A stretch of DNA of 64,000 nt from Dehalococcoidia bacterium (lineage in GTDB: Bacteria; Chloroflexota; Dehalococcoidia; UBA2979): NCBI GenBank assembly GCA_965219085.1, contig OZ244720.1:32001-96000 (forward strand), read 5' to 3'. Shown here piece by piece: positions 16,693-26,953 of the stretch. The first letter of the stretch is position 1. Each line of letters opens with the position of its first letter. The notes beneath the pieces are model-generated. The model had not been told where the DNA came from, ran no database searches, and saw nothing but the letters and a program-made list of their open reading frames with translations. The position numbers and the translations under genes were made by a program.

Positions 16693-18120
16693 GTGCGCGC
16701 CCCGCTCACGACCCCGCAACGCTCCGCCGACGGCTGGACCGCCGTCATCCTCGCCGCCGGGCGCGGGACGCGCATGCGCTCACGCACCCCGAAGGTGCTG
16801 CACGCCGTCGCGGGCCGCCCGATGCTGCACCTGGTGTGCGACGCCCTCGCGGCTGCCGGCTTCGATCGCCGCGTCGTCGTCACCGCAGCAGCGGGTGACG
16901 AGGTCGCGGAGGCCGCTGCCGCCCGTGCCACCGTCGCCGTCCAGGACACCCCGCTCGGCACCGGCCATGCCGCCCTCGCTGCGCGCGAGGCCGGCGGCGA
17001 CGCCGCTCGGCTGCTGATCGTGAACGGCGACCTCCCACTGCTGACGCCGGACACCCTCGCCGCGCTCGCCGACGCGCACTGCGCCGAGCAGGCCGCGCTG
17101 TCGTTCCTCACCGTCGAGGTCGACGACCCAACCGGCTACGGCCGCGTCGTGCGGACCTCGGGCCCGGACGGCGCTGTCGTCGGCGTCGTCGAGGAGCCCG
17201 ACGCCGACGCTCAGACGCGCGCCATCCGCGAGGTCAACGCAGGGGTCTACACCGCCGAGGCCTCCTGGCTCTGGGGCGTGCTCGAAGCGCTGCCGCCCTC
17301 GCCGGGTGGCGAGATCTATCTCACCGACGCAGTCCGCGCCGCGGTTCCCTCGGGGTGTCGCGTACACGCCCAGCGCCTGGCCGACCCGACCGAGGCGCAG
17401 CAGGTCAACACCCGCGCCGAGCTCGCCCTGGCCGACGGCGCGATGCGCAACCGGATCCGCAGCGCACTCATGGCGGACGGCGTCACACTCGTGGGCCCTG
17501 AGTCGATTTATGTCGACGCCGGTGTCGAGGTCGGTGAGGACACGACGCTGCTGCCCGGCACCCACCTCATGGGCGACACGGTGATCGGAGGTGAATGCGA
17601 GATCGGTCCGAACGCTGTGCTGCGCGACATGCACGTCGGCAACCGCTGCACCATCGGCGGCTCGACCCTCGAGGCTTCGACGGTCGCCGATGGCGTGGAC
17701 ATCGGCGCGTACTGCCGCGTGCGTCCCGGCTCGACGATCGAGGCGGACGTACACCTCGGGACGTACGCCGAGGTGAAGGCGTCACGGATCGGCGCGCGCA
17801 CGCAGATCGGCCACTTCTCGTACACCGGCGACGCCGACGTGGGCGCGGACGTGAACATCGGCGCGGGCGCGATCACCGCGAACTACGACGGCACGTCGAA
17901 GCACCGCACCGAGATCGGCGACGGCGCGTTCATCGGCAGCGACACGATGCTGATCGCGCCGGTCCGCGTCGGCGCGGGCGCGCGCACCGCCGCCGGCGCC
18001 GTCGTCACGCACGACGTGCCGGACGGCGCGCAGGTCATCGGCGCGCCCGCCCGCATCCGCGAGCGCGGCGCGCCCGGGCAAGAGCACATCGAAGAGCCAT
18101 CGCAGCGAGGGGAGCAGTAG
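16693..18120 (+). CDS. glmU: Bifunctional UDP-GlcNAc pyrophosphorylase / glucosamine-1-phosphate acetyltransferase
   Basis: LAAGRGTRM..PKVLH, GYGRV, EIYLTD, HFSY.GD and NYDG motifs; hexapeptide repeats. Confidence 0.96.
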   Translation: MRAPLTTPQRSADGWTAVILAAGRGTRMRSRTPKVLHAVAGRPMLHLVCDALAAAGFDRRVVVTAAAGDEVAEAAAARATVAVQDTPLGTGHAALAAREAGGDAARLLIVNGDLPLLTPDTLAALADAHCAEQAALSFLTVEVDDPTGYGRVVRTSGPDGAVVGVVEEPDADAQTRAIREVNAGVYTAEASWLWGVLEALPPSPGGEIYLTDAVRAAVPSGCRVHAQRLADPTEAQQVNTRAELALADGAMRNRIRSALMADGVTLVGPESIYVDAGVEVGEDTTLLPGTHLMGDTVIGGECEIGPNAVLRDMHVGNRCTIGGSTLEASTVADGVDIGAYCRVRPGSTIEADVHLGTYAEVKASRIGARTQIGHFSYTGDADVGADVNIGAGAITANYDGTSKHRTEIGDGAFIGSDTMLIAPVRVGAGARTAAGAVVTHDVPDGAQVIGAPARIRERGAPGQEHIEEPSQRGEQ

Positions 18121-18142
18121 GGCCACCTCGGCCCTTGCAGGT

Positions 18143-19426
18143 TTGAGTACCGAAGCAATCATCGGCCTGGTCGTCGCCGTCGCCGCCGGCGCCATGCTGC
18201 TGCTGGTTTCGGCAGCGGAGGCGGGTGTGACCGCCATCAGCCGCCGGCGGACCCGTGCCCGCGCCCGCAACGGGGTCGCCGGGCTGCTCGACAGCTACAT
18301 CCGCCAGCGCCAGCGCCTGCTGCGCGCGCTCAGCGCCGCCGCCACGTTCGCCACCGTCTCGCTCACGCTCGGTCTCACGGTGCTGTTCCTCAACGGCCGC
18401 GAGATGGGCATCGGCGCGGCTGCGCTCGCCGGGTTTGTCGTGCTGATCGTGGCCGGCGTGCTGCGCGAGAATGCGCGCGCGATCGCGCTCGTGAGCCCTG
18501 AAACCACCGGGCTGCGGCTCGCCAGCATCATCGCCCTGTTGCACCTGGCTCTCGAACCCCTCGCGTGGCTGCTGAGCGCGCCCTCGCGCGGCCTGCTGCG
18601 CCTCGTCGGCCGCAGCCCCGATCTGGCCGACGAGGATCCCGCGAGCGAGTTGCTCGGCGTCCTCGAAGCCCCGGCCGACCCGGAAGCGCAGGAGTCGTTG
18701 TCCGAGGAGCGCCGCATGATGCGCGGCATCCTCGACATGTCGGACCAGACCGTGCGCGAGGTGATGTCGCCGCGTATCGACATCGTCGCCGTCTCGGTGG
18801 AGGCCTCGATCGGCGACGTGTTGAAGCTGATCATCAGCTCCGGCTTCAGCCGCATCCCGCTCTACGAGGACTCCATCGACAAGATCGTCGGCGTCCTCTA
18901 CGCCAAGGACCTGCTCGCGTACCTGCAGACGGGCGCCTCGACGCCCAGCCTGCAGAACATCGCGCGCCCGCCCTACTTCGTCCCGGAGACGAAACGCGCC
19001 GACCAGCTGCTCGCCGACCTGCGCCGTGACCAGACGCACGTCGCCATCGTCGTCGACGAGTACGGCGGCACCGCCGGCCTCGTCACCGTCGAGGACGTGC
19101 TCGAGGAGATCGTGGGCGAGATCGTCGACGAATACGACACCGAGGAGGTGGAGGTCGAGCAGGTCTCCGAGCACGAAGCAGTCGTCGACGCACGGCTCGC
19201 CATCGACGACCTGAACGAGCTGTTCGGCACCGACATCGAGAACGAGGACTTCGACACCGTCGGCGGCCTCGTGTTCTCGCTGCTGGGCCGCCTCGCCACG
19301 CCGGGAGACCGCGTGGAGAGCGAGGAGCACGGGCTGGCGCTGCAGGTGCTGTCCGTGCAGGGCCGCCGCATCCGCCGCGTGCGCATCTCGAGCCCGCATG
19401 CCACGAGCGAGGCCGCCGCTGTCTGA
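18143..19426 (+). CDS. Hemolysin/CNNM family protein (DUF21-CBS-CorC)
   Basis: TM region, VREVMSPR, SRIPLY, VVDEYGGTAGLVTVEDVLEEIVGEI and FDTVGG. Confidence 0.92.
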   Translation: MSTEAIIGLVVAVAAGAMLLLVSAAEAGVTAISRRRTRARARNGVAGLLDSYIRQRQRLLRALSAAATFATVSLTLGLTVLFLNGREMGIGAAALAGFVVLIVAGVLRENARAIALVSPETTGLRLASIIALLHLALEPLAWLLSAPSRGLLRLVGRSPDLADEDPASELLGVLEAPADPEAQESLSEERRMMRGILDMSDQTVREVMSPRIDIVAVSVEASIGDVLKLIISSGFSRIPLYEDSIDKIVGVLYAKDLLAYLQTGASTPSLQNIARPPYFVPETKRADQLLADLRRDQTHVAIVVDEYGGTAGLVTVEDVLEEIVGEIVDEYDTEEVEVEQVSEHEAVVDARLAIDDLNELFGTDIENEDFDTVGGLVFSLLGRLATPGDRVESEEHGLALQVLSVQGRRIRRVRISSPHATSEAAAV

Positions 19427-19500
19427 CGGCCGCATTGTGGCGGGGCGGACTGGTTGCGCCCTATCCTGAACTTTACGGCGGATGACAAGGAGCGCAGGCC

Positions 19501-19908
19501 ATGGATATCGCTGCCCGCTTACGCTCAGACGGTCGAGTCACGATCCCTCGCGAGGTACGCGAGGCCCTCGCGATCGAGGAGGGTGATGAGGTCCTCTTCC
19601 GCGTCGAGGGTGGCGGCCGCGTGATGATGTCACGCACCCCGGACCTCCTCGAACTCGCCGGCGAGCTCGATGTGCCGCCGTCGAAGCGCGGTACGCCGTG
19701 GGACGAGGTCCTCCGCGAGACACGCACGGTACGAGCAGCACACCGCATCGCCGAGGACGAGGGCTTCTGGCACCCTCTCACCCCGGACGAGTTTATTCGT
19801 GCCTCCGGCATCCCTCCATACGTGTTCCATACGACCCCCGACGACGCCGACCACTTGGATACCGAGCCGTTCCTGGACTCGATCTTCGGTGACGGGGGGG
19901 CCACGTAA
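19501..19908 (+). CDS. AbrB/MazE/SpoVT family antitoxin with C-terminal extension
   Basis: DGRVTIPREVREALAIEEGDEVLF; AAGGAG RBS. Confidence 0.85.
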   Translation: MDIAARLRSDGRVTIPREVREALAIEEGDEVLFRVEGGGRVMMSRTPDLLELAGELDVPPSKRGTPWDEVLRETRTVRAAHRIAEDEGFWHPLTPDEFIRASGIPPYVFHTTPDDADHLDTEPFLDSIFGDGGAT

Positions 19909-19932
19909 CCCAGCCAGTCCCGGGATCGGGTC

Positions 19933-20318
19933 GTGGTCGACACAGACGCGTTCTCGTACTTCCTCGAAGGGCGCACCCTCGCCGAGCGGTATCTGCCGTA
20001 CGGCGGGGGCGCATTGGCGTGCTCAGCTTTCGGACGGTTGCGGAACTGCTTCAGGGCGCCTACCAGGGCAACTGGGGGGACGCGCGGCTCAACCGGTTGC
20101 GGGCTGAGATCCAGCGTTACGCGGTGGCTCCCTTCCGCATCGAGATGGTGGAGCAGTTCGCACGGCTGCGATCTCACCGACGGCGCATTGGCCACGAGAT
20201 CGCAACCGCCGACGCGTGGATAGCCGCCACCGCACTCTGGCTCGCGTGCCCCGTTGTCACGCATAACCGCCGCGACTTCTCGGACATCCCCGGCCTCGAC
20301 GTGATCAGCGAGGCTTGA
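19933..20318 (+). pseudogene. vapC: VapC/PIN toxin split by a frameshift (or a sequencing error)
   Basis: VVDTDAFSY in one frame; LSFRTVAEL...ADAWIAATAL...VVTHNRRDF in another; frame switch near the G-run at about 20005-20009. Confidence 0.8.
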
Positions 20319-20366
20319 GCACCGTCACGACTTGCCCCCTTGCATCCGCCTGATACCCTTGTGCCC

Positions 20367-21542
20367 GTGAGCGACGTACGAACAAATGAGCTTCCATACT
20401 GGGTCGGCCTGCACCGCATCAGCCGCCTCGGCGCCGCGCGCTTCGCGCTCCTCGAAGCCGCGTTCGACTCCATGGAGGAGGCGTGGCTCGCCGGCAGCGA
20501 GGAACTCGTCGCCGCGGGGATCGACCCCCGCACCGCCGAGGAGGTGGTGCGTCGCCGGCCGGAGATCGACGTCCGCGTCGAGTGCGAGCGACTGGCCGAG
20601 ATGGGCGTGCGCCCGTTGCACCGCCCGCATCCCGCCTACCCGGCCCGCCTCCGCGAGATCGACGACGCCCCGCCGGTCCTCTACGTCCGAGGCTCGTGGG
20701 AGCCGCAGGACGACTGGTCCGTCTCCGTCGTCGGCACGCGGCGCGCGACGGCGTACGGGCGGCAGGCGGCCGACGAGCTGGCTCGCGACCTCGCCGCCCA
20801 CGGCGTGACCGTGGTGTCCGGGCTCGCCCGCGGCGTCGACACGATCGCGCACCGGGCCGCCCTCGACGCCGGCGGTCGGACCGTCGCGGTGCTCGCCAAC
20901 GGTCTCGACACCGTCTACCCGCCGGAGAACCGTGGGCTGGCCGCCGACGTCGCCGAACAGGGCGCGCTCATCACCGACTATCCGCTCGGCACGAAGCCGC
21001 GCGCCGAGTTCTTCCCTCGGCGCAACCGGATTATGTCTGGGCTCTCGCTCGGCACGCTGATCGTCGAGGGCGACGTGAAGAGCGGGGCGATGATCACGGC
21101 GCGCCTCGCCGGGGAACAGAATCGCGAGGTGTTCGCCGTACCCGGCTCGATCTTCTCGCCGCAGTCGCGCGGGCCGCTCGCGCTGCTGCGGGACGGCGCG
21201 ACGCCGGTGACGGGCGTCGGGGATGTGCTCGAGGCGCTCAACCTGACGATGATCGGCGCGCAGATGGACTTCGGCCGCGCGGCGCCGGCTGCGACGCCCG
21301 CGGAGCAGTCGCTGATGGACGCGCTGAGCCGCGAACCACAGCACATCGACGCGGTCGTGCGCGGGGCGGGTTTGGCGGCAGCCGAAGTGTCGGCTACGCT
21401 CGCCTTGCTGGAATTGAAGGGTCTGGTCCGGGATGTGGGCGGCATGCACTACGTGCGCGTCCGCGAACAGCCCGGACGATACGACGCAGATACCGGGGCG
21501 GGATCGCCCGCCCAACCGACCGAAGAAAGCGAGTTGCGTTGA
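20367..21542 (+). CDS. dprA: DNA-processing protein DprA
   Basis: YPARLREI, VVGTRRAT.YG, VSGLARGVD, FPRRNRIMSGLS and SGAMITA; C-terminal winged helix. Confidence 0.96.
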   Translation: MSDVRTNELPYWVGLHRISRLGAARFALLEAAFDSMEEAWLAGSEELVAAGIDPRTAEEVVRRRPEIDVRVECERLAEMGVRPLHRPHPAYPARLREIDDAPPVLYVRGSWEPQDDWSVSVVGTRRATAYGRQAADELARDLAAHGVTVVSGLARGVDTIAHRAALDAGGRTVAVLANGLDTVYPPENRGLAADVAEQGALITDYPLGTKPRAEFFPRRNRIMSGLSLGTLIVEGDVKSGAMITARLAGEQNREVFAVPGSIFSPQSRGPLALLRDGATPVTGVGDVLEALNLTMIGAQMDFGRAAPAATPAEQSLMDALSREPQHIDAVVRGAGLAAAEVSATLALLELKGLVRDVGGMHYVRVREQPGRYDADTGAGSPAQPTEESELR

Positions 21543-24313
21543 CCACTGACGCCGCCACCAGGCGCCGCCGCGCAGGCGAGGGCCCGCGTCTCGTCATCGT
21601 CGAGTCACCGGCCAAGGCGCGCACAATCGAGCGCTTCCTGAACCGCAACGGCACCGGCCCAGAGTACGTCGTCGAGTCCTCGATCGGTCATATCCGCGAC
21701 CTGCCGGAACGGGCGGCCCAGGCGCCGGACGACGTGAAGGCGCTGGCCAAGGAGCGCAACCAGCCCTGGTTCCGCATCGCCGCCGGCGTCGAGCGAGACT
21801 TCGAGCCGCTCTACATCATCCCCGCCGACAAAAAGCAGCAGGTCAGCAAGCTCCGCAAGCTCTCCCGCGAAGCCAGCGAGATCTACCTCGCCACGGACGA
21901 GGACCGCGAGGGCGAGGCGATCGCCTGGCACCTCAAGGAGGTGCTCAAGCCGCGCGTCCCCGTGCGCCGCATGGTCTTCCACGAGATCACCGAGCAGGCC
22001 ATCAACGAGGCCCTCGCCAACCCGCGCGAGATCGACAACGACCTCGTCTCCGCGCAGGAGGCGCGCCGCGTGCTCGACTACCTCTACGGCTACGAAGTCT
22101 CCCCGGTGCTGTGGAAGAAGGTGCGACCGCGGCTGTCCGCCGGACGCGTCCAGTCCGTCGCCATCCGCCTCATCGTCGAGCGCGAGCGCGAGCGCATGCG
22201 CTTCGTCAGCGCCTCGTTCTGGGATGTCCGCTCCCTCGTCCGCAGCGACGAGGACGGCGCGCCGCCGGAGCCGTTCGCGACGCGCCTCGTCGAACTCGAC
22301 GGCGCGCGGGTGGCCACCGGACGCGACTTCGATCCCGAGACGGGGCAGCTCACCGGTCGCGGCAACGTCGTGCCGCTCGGCGAGGAGCGCGCGGCGGCCG
22401 TCGCGCATGCGGTGGCCGAGGCCGACTACACCGTCGCCGAGGTCAGCGAGCGGCCGTACACGCAGCGCCCGCCCGCGCCGTTCATCACCTCCAGCCTCCA
22501 GCAGGAGGCCGCGCGCAAGCTGCGCTTCACCGCGCAGCGCACGATGGGCGTGGCGCAGAACCTCTACCAGAACGGCTACATCACCTACATGCGGACGGAT
22601 TCGACGAACCTGTCCGGGCAGGCGCTCAACGCGGCCCGCCGCCAGGCGCGTGACCTCTACGGGGCCGAGTACGTGCCCGACAAGCCGCGCTTCTACCGCG
22701 CCCGCGCCAAGGGCGCGCAGGAGGCGCACGAGGCGATCCGGCCGGCCGGCGACATCTTCCGCACGCCGGACAGCCTGCGCGGCCAACTCACCGCGGACGA
22801 GCGGCGCCTGTACGATCTCGTCTGGAAGCGCACCGTCGCTTCGCAGATGCAGGACGCGCGCGGCCTCCGCACCAACGCGCGCATCGAGGCCCTCGCCGGC
22901 GTCGAGGGCACTGCCGCCTTCGCCGTCTCCGGCAAGGTGATCACCTTCCCCGGCTTCCTGCGCGCCTATGTCGAGGGCTCCGACGACCCCGACGCCGAAC
23001 TCGAGGACCAGGAGCGCATCCTGCCGCCGTTGCGCGAGGACCAGGTCCTGCGCGGCGTCTCGGCCGAGGCCCAGGGCCACGAGACGAAGCCCCCCGCGCG
23101 CTACACCGAGGCGAGCCTCGTGCGCGAGCTGGAGCAGCGCGGCATCGGCCGCCCCTCCACGTACGCGACGATCCTCCAGAAGGTGCAAGAGCGTGACTAC
23201 GTCTGGAAGAACGGCACCGCGCTGACACCGACGCTGACCGCGTTCGCCGTCGTCAACCTGCTCGAACAGCACTTCCCAGACCACGTGGACTTCGACTTCA
23301 CCGCCCGCATGGAGGGCGACCTGGACCGCGTCGCCGAGGGCGACATGGAGGCTCACCCATGGCTACGGCGCTTCTACTTCGGCAGCAGCGAAGACGGCCC
23401 GGTCGACCTCAACAGCGGCGGGCTGGTGCAGCTCATCGAGTCCGCGCTGCAGGACACTGACGCGCGGGCGATCTCCTCGATCCCGCTCGGCGAGGACGCC
23501 GATGGCAACGCCGTGATGGCGCGTGTGGGCCGCTACGGGGCCTACGTGCAGGTCGGTGACGACGGTTCACGCGCCTCCCTGCCCGACGACCTCCCGCCCG
23601 ACGAGCTGACGCTCGAGCACGCCCTCGCCGTGCTGGCGGAGGCCGCCCTCGGCGACCGCGAGGTGATGCGCGACGAGGAGAGCGATCGCCCGGTCTACGT
23701 GAAGACCGGCCCCAACGGCCCGTACGTGCAGGTCGGCGAGAACGACGACGACGGCGGACGGCCGAAGCGCGCCAGCCTCTGGCCGGGCATGACCATCGAG
23801 GCACTCACCGCGGAGCAGGCATCCGAGCTGCTCTCGTACCCTCGCGTGCTCGGCGCGCATCCGGAGAACGGCGACGAGATCGTCGTGCAGGACGGGCGCT
23901 ACGGCCCCTACGTGCGCGCCGGCAAGGAGACGCGCAGCCTCCGTGACCACGAGCACCTGCGCGGCATCGACCTCGACGAGGCGGTCGGACTACTCAACGA
24001 GCCGAAGCGCCGCGGGCGGGCGGCCCAGGCCGCGCTCGCGACGCTCGGGAAGCACCCGGACAGCGAGGCGCCGATCGAGGTGCGCAACGGCCGCTACGGC
24101 CCGTACGTGACCGACGGCGTGGTCAACGCCTCGCTGCCGCGGGGCCGCGACCCCTCGACCGTGACGCTCGACGAGGCGGTCGATCTCATTGCCGCACGTG
24201 AGGCGCGCCTGCGCGATCAGGGCAAGGATCCGCGCGCGCCGAAGCCGGCCCGCGCCCGGGCGCGGGGCGGATCGGGTGGGCGGGCGCGCTCGACGCGCCG
24301 CCGCTCCGCCTGA
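21539..24313 (+). CDS. topA: Type I DNA topoisomerase with C-terminal Toprim_C-type repeats
   Basis: LVIVESPAKA, ATDEDREGEAIAWH, SAGRVQS, GYITYMRTDS and GIGRPSTY; repeated GRYGPYV. Confidence 0.97.
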   Translation: MTTDAATRRRRAGEGPRLVIVESPAKARTIERFLNRNGTGPEYVVESSIGHIRDLPERAAQAPDDVKALAKERNQPWFRIAAGVERDFEPLYIIPADKKQQVSKLRKLSREASEIYLATDEDREGEAIAWHLKEVLKPRVPVRRMVFHEITEQAINEALANPREIDNDLVSAQEARRVLDYLYGYEVSPVLWKKVRPRLSAGRVQSVAIRLIVERERERMRFVSASFWDVRSLVRSDEDGAPPEPFATRLVELDGARVATGRDFDPETGQLTGRGNVVPLGEERAAAVAHAVAEADYTVAEVSERPYTQRPPAPFITSSLQQEAARKLRFTAQRTMGVAQNLYQNGYITYMRTDSTNLSGQALNAARRQARDLYGAEYVPDKPRFYRARAKGAQEAHEAIRPAGDIFRTPDSLRGQLTADERRLYDLVWKRTVASQMQDARGLRTNARIEALAGVEGTAAFAVSGKVITFPGFLRAYVEGSDDPDAELEDQERILPPLREDQVLRGVSAEAQGHETKPPARYTEASLVRELEQRGIGRPSTYATILQKVQERDYVWKNGTALTPTLTAFAVVNLLEQHFPDHVDFDFTARMEGDLDRVAEGDMEAHPWLRRFYFGSSEDGPVDLNSGGLVQLIESALQDTDARAISSIPLGEDADGNAVMARVGRYGAYVQVGDDGSRASLPDDLPPDELTLEHALAVLAEAALGDREVMRDEESDRPVYVKTGPNGPYVQVGENDDDGGRPKRASLWPGMTIEALTAEQASELLSYPRVLGAHPENGDEIVVQDGRYGPYVRAGKETRSLRDHEHLRGIDLDEAVGLLNEPKRRGRAAQAALATLGKHPDSEAPIEVRNGRYGPYVTDGVVNASLPRGRDPSTVTLDEAVDLIAAREARLRDQGKDPRAPKPARARARGGSGGRARSTRRRSA

Positions 24314-24374
24314 CGCACAACCACCGGCCCCACCGTGCTACGCTCGAACCCGGCGGGGAGATAGGTGGACGCGC

Positions 24375-25367
24375 GTGCCCCAGACGCGCACTGAGCCGCG
24401 CCCCGCGGTCGACGACCGTGCCGCGCAGGCGCTCGACGATTACCTCCGCTACCTCGCGACGGTCCGGCGGCGCTCGGCGCACACCGTGCGGAACTACCGC
24501 ACCGACCTCGACGGCTTCTTCCGCTTCCTGACCGCGCGTGGCGTGGCGTTCGGCGATGCGGGGCGCGAGCTGGCACGCGAGTACCTGGGCGTGTTGCGGA
24601 TCGAACAGGAGCGCGCGCCCGCCTCGGTGAAGCGCGTGGCGTCGACGATCCGCACGTTCTACGGCTGGCTGGACAACGAGGGCCGCCTGCCTCCGGCGCG
24701 GCCGGGCGACTCGATCCTGCGGCTGCGCTACCCCAAGGCCCCGAAGCGCCTCCCGCGCTTCCTGACGGAGGATGAGACGGACGCGCTGATGCGGGCTCCC
24801 GACCCGGACGGGGCCGCGTCCGACGCCGATCGTGCGCGCGCGCTGCGCGACACCGCGCTGCTCGAGTTGCTCTACGGCGCCGGGCTGCGCGTCAGCGAGG
24901 CGGCCTCGCTCGACAGCCGTGACCTGGACCTCACCAACCGGCAAGTGTCCGTGATGGGCAAGGGCGAGCGTCCGCGCGTCGCGCTGTTCGGGCTCCCCGC
25001 GCGCGATGCCCTCCGAGCGTGGCTCGGCGATGGTCGTCCCGTCATGGCGAAGGGCGCCGAGGAGGCATTGTTCCTCAATCGGTCCGGCGGCCGCCTCTCG
25101 GCGCGGTCGATGCAGCGGATCGTGCGCGACGCGGGCGTGGCGGCGGCGATCCACCAGCGCGTGCACCCGCACCGGCTGCGCCACAGCTTCGCGACACATA
25201 TGCTGGAACACGACGCCGATTTGCGGATCGTGCAGCAGTTGCTGGGGCACGCCTCCGCCGATACGACGCAGATCTATACGGCGGTGACGACCTCGCGGCA
25301 GCATGCGCTCGTCTCGACGGCGCTGGAGCGCTCACGCGAGGTGGAGCGCGACCGCGACGCCGACTGA
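24375..25367 (+). CDS. xerC: Tyrosine recombinase XerC/D
   Basis: LLYGAGLRVSE, GKG, HRLRHSFATH and LLGHAS..TTQIY; dprA-topA-xerC synteny. Confidence 0.88.
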   Translation: MPQTRTEPRPAVDDRAAQALDDYLRYLATVRRRSAHTVRNYRTDLDGFFRFLTARGVAFGDAGRELAREYLGVLRIEQERAPASVKRVASTIRTFYGWLDNEGRLPPARPGDSILRLRYPKAPKRLPRFLTEDETDALMRAPDPDGAASDADRARALRDTALLELLYGAGLRVSEAASLDSRDLDLTNRQVSVMGKGERPRVALFGLPARDALRAWLGDGRPVMAKGAEEALFLNRSGGRLSARSMQRIVRDAGVAAAIHQRVHPHRLRHSFATHMLEHDADLRIVQQLLGHASADTTQIYTAVTTSRQHALVSTALERSREVERDRDAD

Positions 25368-25394
25368 GGCCGTGACGATACGCCGGGGAGCCTC

Positions 25395-25841
25395 ATGCGC
25401 ATCCTGATCCTGAACGGGCCGAACCTGAACCTCCTCGGGCAGCGCGAGCCGGAGATCTACGGCCGCGAGACGCTGCGCGACATCGAGCTGCTGTGCGAGC
25501 GGCGCGCCACCGAACTTGGCGTCGAGATCGCCTGCGTGCAGTCCAACTCCGAGGGCGCCCTCGTCGACGCGCTGCACGAGCACCGCGAGTGGGACGGCGT
25601 AGTCATCAACGCGGCCGCGTACACGCACACCTCGCTCGCCATCGCCGACGCAATCGCCGCCACCCAGCTGCCGACGATCGAGGTGCACCTCAGCAACGTC
25701 CACGCGCGCGAGCAAATCCGCCACACCTCGCTCATCTCCCCCGTCGTGTGGGGCCAGGTGAGCGGCTTCGGGTACCGGGGCTACCTCGCCGCGCTCGACC
25801 TGCTGCACAGCCGGCTCAGCGAGGTGGAGCCGGATGCGTGA
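25395..25841 (+). CDS. aroQ: Type II 3-dehydroquinate dehydratase
   Basis: NGPNLNLLGQREPEIYG and EVHLSN motifs. Confidence 0.97.
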   Translation: MRILILNGPNLNLLGQREPEIYGRETLRDIELLCERRATELGVEIACVQSNSEGALVDALHEHREWDGVVINAAAYTHTSLAIADAIAATQLPTIEVHLSNVHAREQIRHTSLISPVVWGQVSGFGYRGYLAALDLLHSRLSEVEPDA

Positions 25842-26953
25842 CTGACCGGGCCATCGGCAACCGCCTCGCGCGGGTGCGCGAGCGACTCGACACCCTCGAA
25901 GTGGACGCGCTGCTCGTGAGCACGCCGTCGAACCGCCGCTGGCTGTCCGGCTTCACCGGCTCGGCCGGCGTGCTCGTCGTCGACGCGCAGCGCGCGCGCA
26001 TCGCCACCGACGGCAGGTATCACGAGCAGGCGCAGTTGCAGGCACCCGTGTTCGACCTCGTGCCGGCGCCCCTGCGCGGCGTCGTGAGCTTCGTGGCGCC
26101 ACTCCTCGACGGCCTCGGCGGGAAGCGGCTCGGGTTCGAGCCCGCCGGCCTGACCGTCGCCGAACACATGGAGTGGGTTGCGGCGATCGGGGGGCTGCCG
26201 ATGGCCGACCGCCCGCGGCTGATGCCGACGCCGGGCGCCGTCGAGCCGCTGCGCGCGATCAAGGACGCGGCGGAGCTGGAGGCGCTGACCGCCGCCGTCC
26301 ACCTCGGCGACGATGTATGGGCGCACGCCGCCTCATGCCTGCGCCCCGGCGTGACCGAGCGCCAGGTGGCGTGGGAGGCGCAGCGCTATGCGTTCGAGCA
26401 CGGCGCGGACGGCATGGCGTTCGAGACGATCATCGCGGCCGGTCCACACGGCGCGATGGCGCACCACCGCCCCAGCGACGCGACCATCGAGGGCGGGCAG
26501 TCCGTCGTCATGGACCTCGGCGTCATCGTCGGGGGGTACCGCTCGGACCTCACGCGCACCGTGTGCGCGGGCGAGCCGGACGACACGTTCCCGCGCGTCT
26601 ACGACGCGGTCCTGACCGCGCAGGAGATGGCCGAGGAGCGCATCGAGGCGGGAATGACCGGCGGACAGGCGCACGCGATCGCTGCTACCGTGCTGGCCGA
26701 AGCGGGCTACGGCGACCGCTTCACGCACGGGCTGGGCCACGGCGTCGGCCTCGACATTCACGAGGCGCCGAGGCTGTCGGCGGACTCGGAGGACCTGCTC
26801 GCCGATGGGCAGGTCGTCACCGTCGAGCCGGGGGTCTACATTCCGGGGTGGGGAGGCGTGCGCATCGAGGATCAATGCGTGATGGAGGACGGACGGCTGC
26901 GCGTGATCTCGCGCGCGGCCAAGCTGGACCTGGAAGTCGGGGGTGGCTCGTGA
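25838..26953 (+). CDS. Xaa-Pro aminopeptidase (M24)
   Basis: WLSGFTGS, YRSDLTRT, HGLGHGVGLDIHE, TVEPG and GVRIED motifs. Confidence 0.94.
   Translation: MTDRAIGNRLARVRERLDTLEVDALLVSTPSNRRWLSGFTGSAGVLVVDAQRARIATDGRYHEQAQLQAPVFDLVPAPLRGVVSFVAPLLDGLGGKRLGFEPAGLTVAEHMEWVAAIGGLPMADRPRLMPTPGAVEPLRAIKDAAELEALTAAVHLGDDVWAHAASCLRPGVTERQVAWEAQRYAFEHGADGMAFETIIAAGPHGAMAHHRPSDATIEGGQSVVMDLGVIVGGYRSDLTRTVCAGEPDDTFPRVYDAVLTAQEMAEERIEAGMTGGQAHAIAATVLAEAGYGDRFTHGLGHGVGLDIHEAPRLSADSEDLLADGQVVTVEPGVYIPGWGGVRIEDQCVMEDGRLRVISRAAKLDLEVGGGS

Noticed and set aside
19427-20366. Flanking direct repeats around AbrB-VapC (also sought around FitAB and the orphan HicB pair)
   Set aside because: Only a match of about 8/9 nt was found, which is not distinguishable from chance.
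20483-21538. Apparent 350-aa N-terminal extension of TopA
   Set aside because: Alternative frame over dprA; TopA motifs begin after TTG 21539.
24375-25367. Tyrosine recombinase as an integron or prophage integrase
   Set aside because: Sits in the conserved dprA-topA-xerC context with host codon usage; no att sites, attC array or cargo adjacent.
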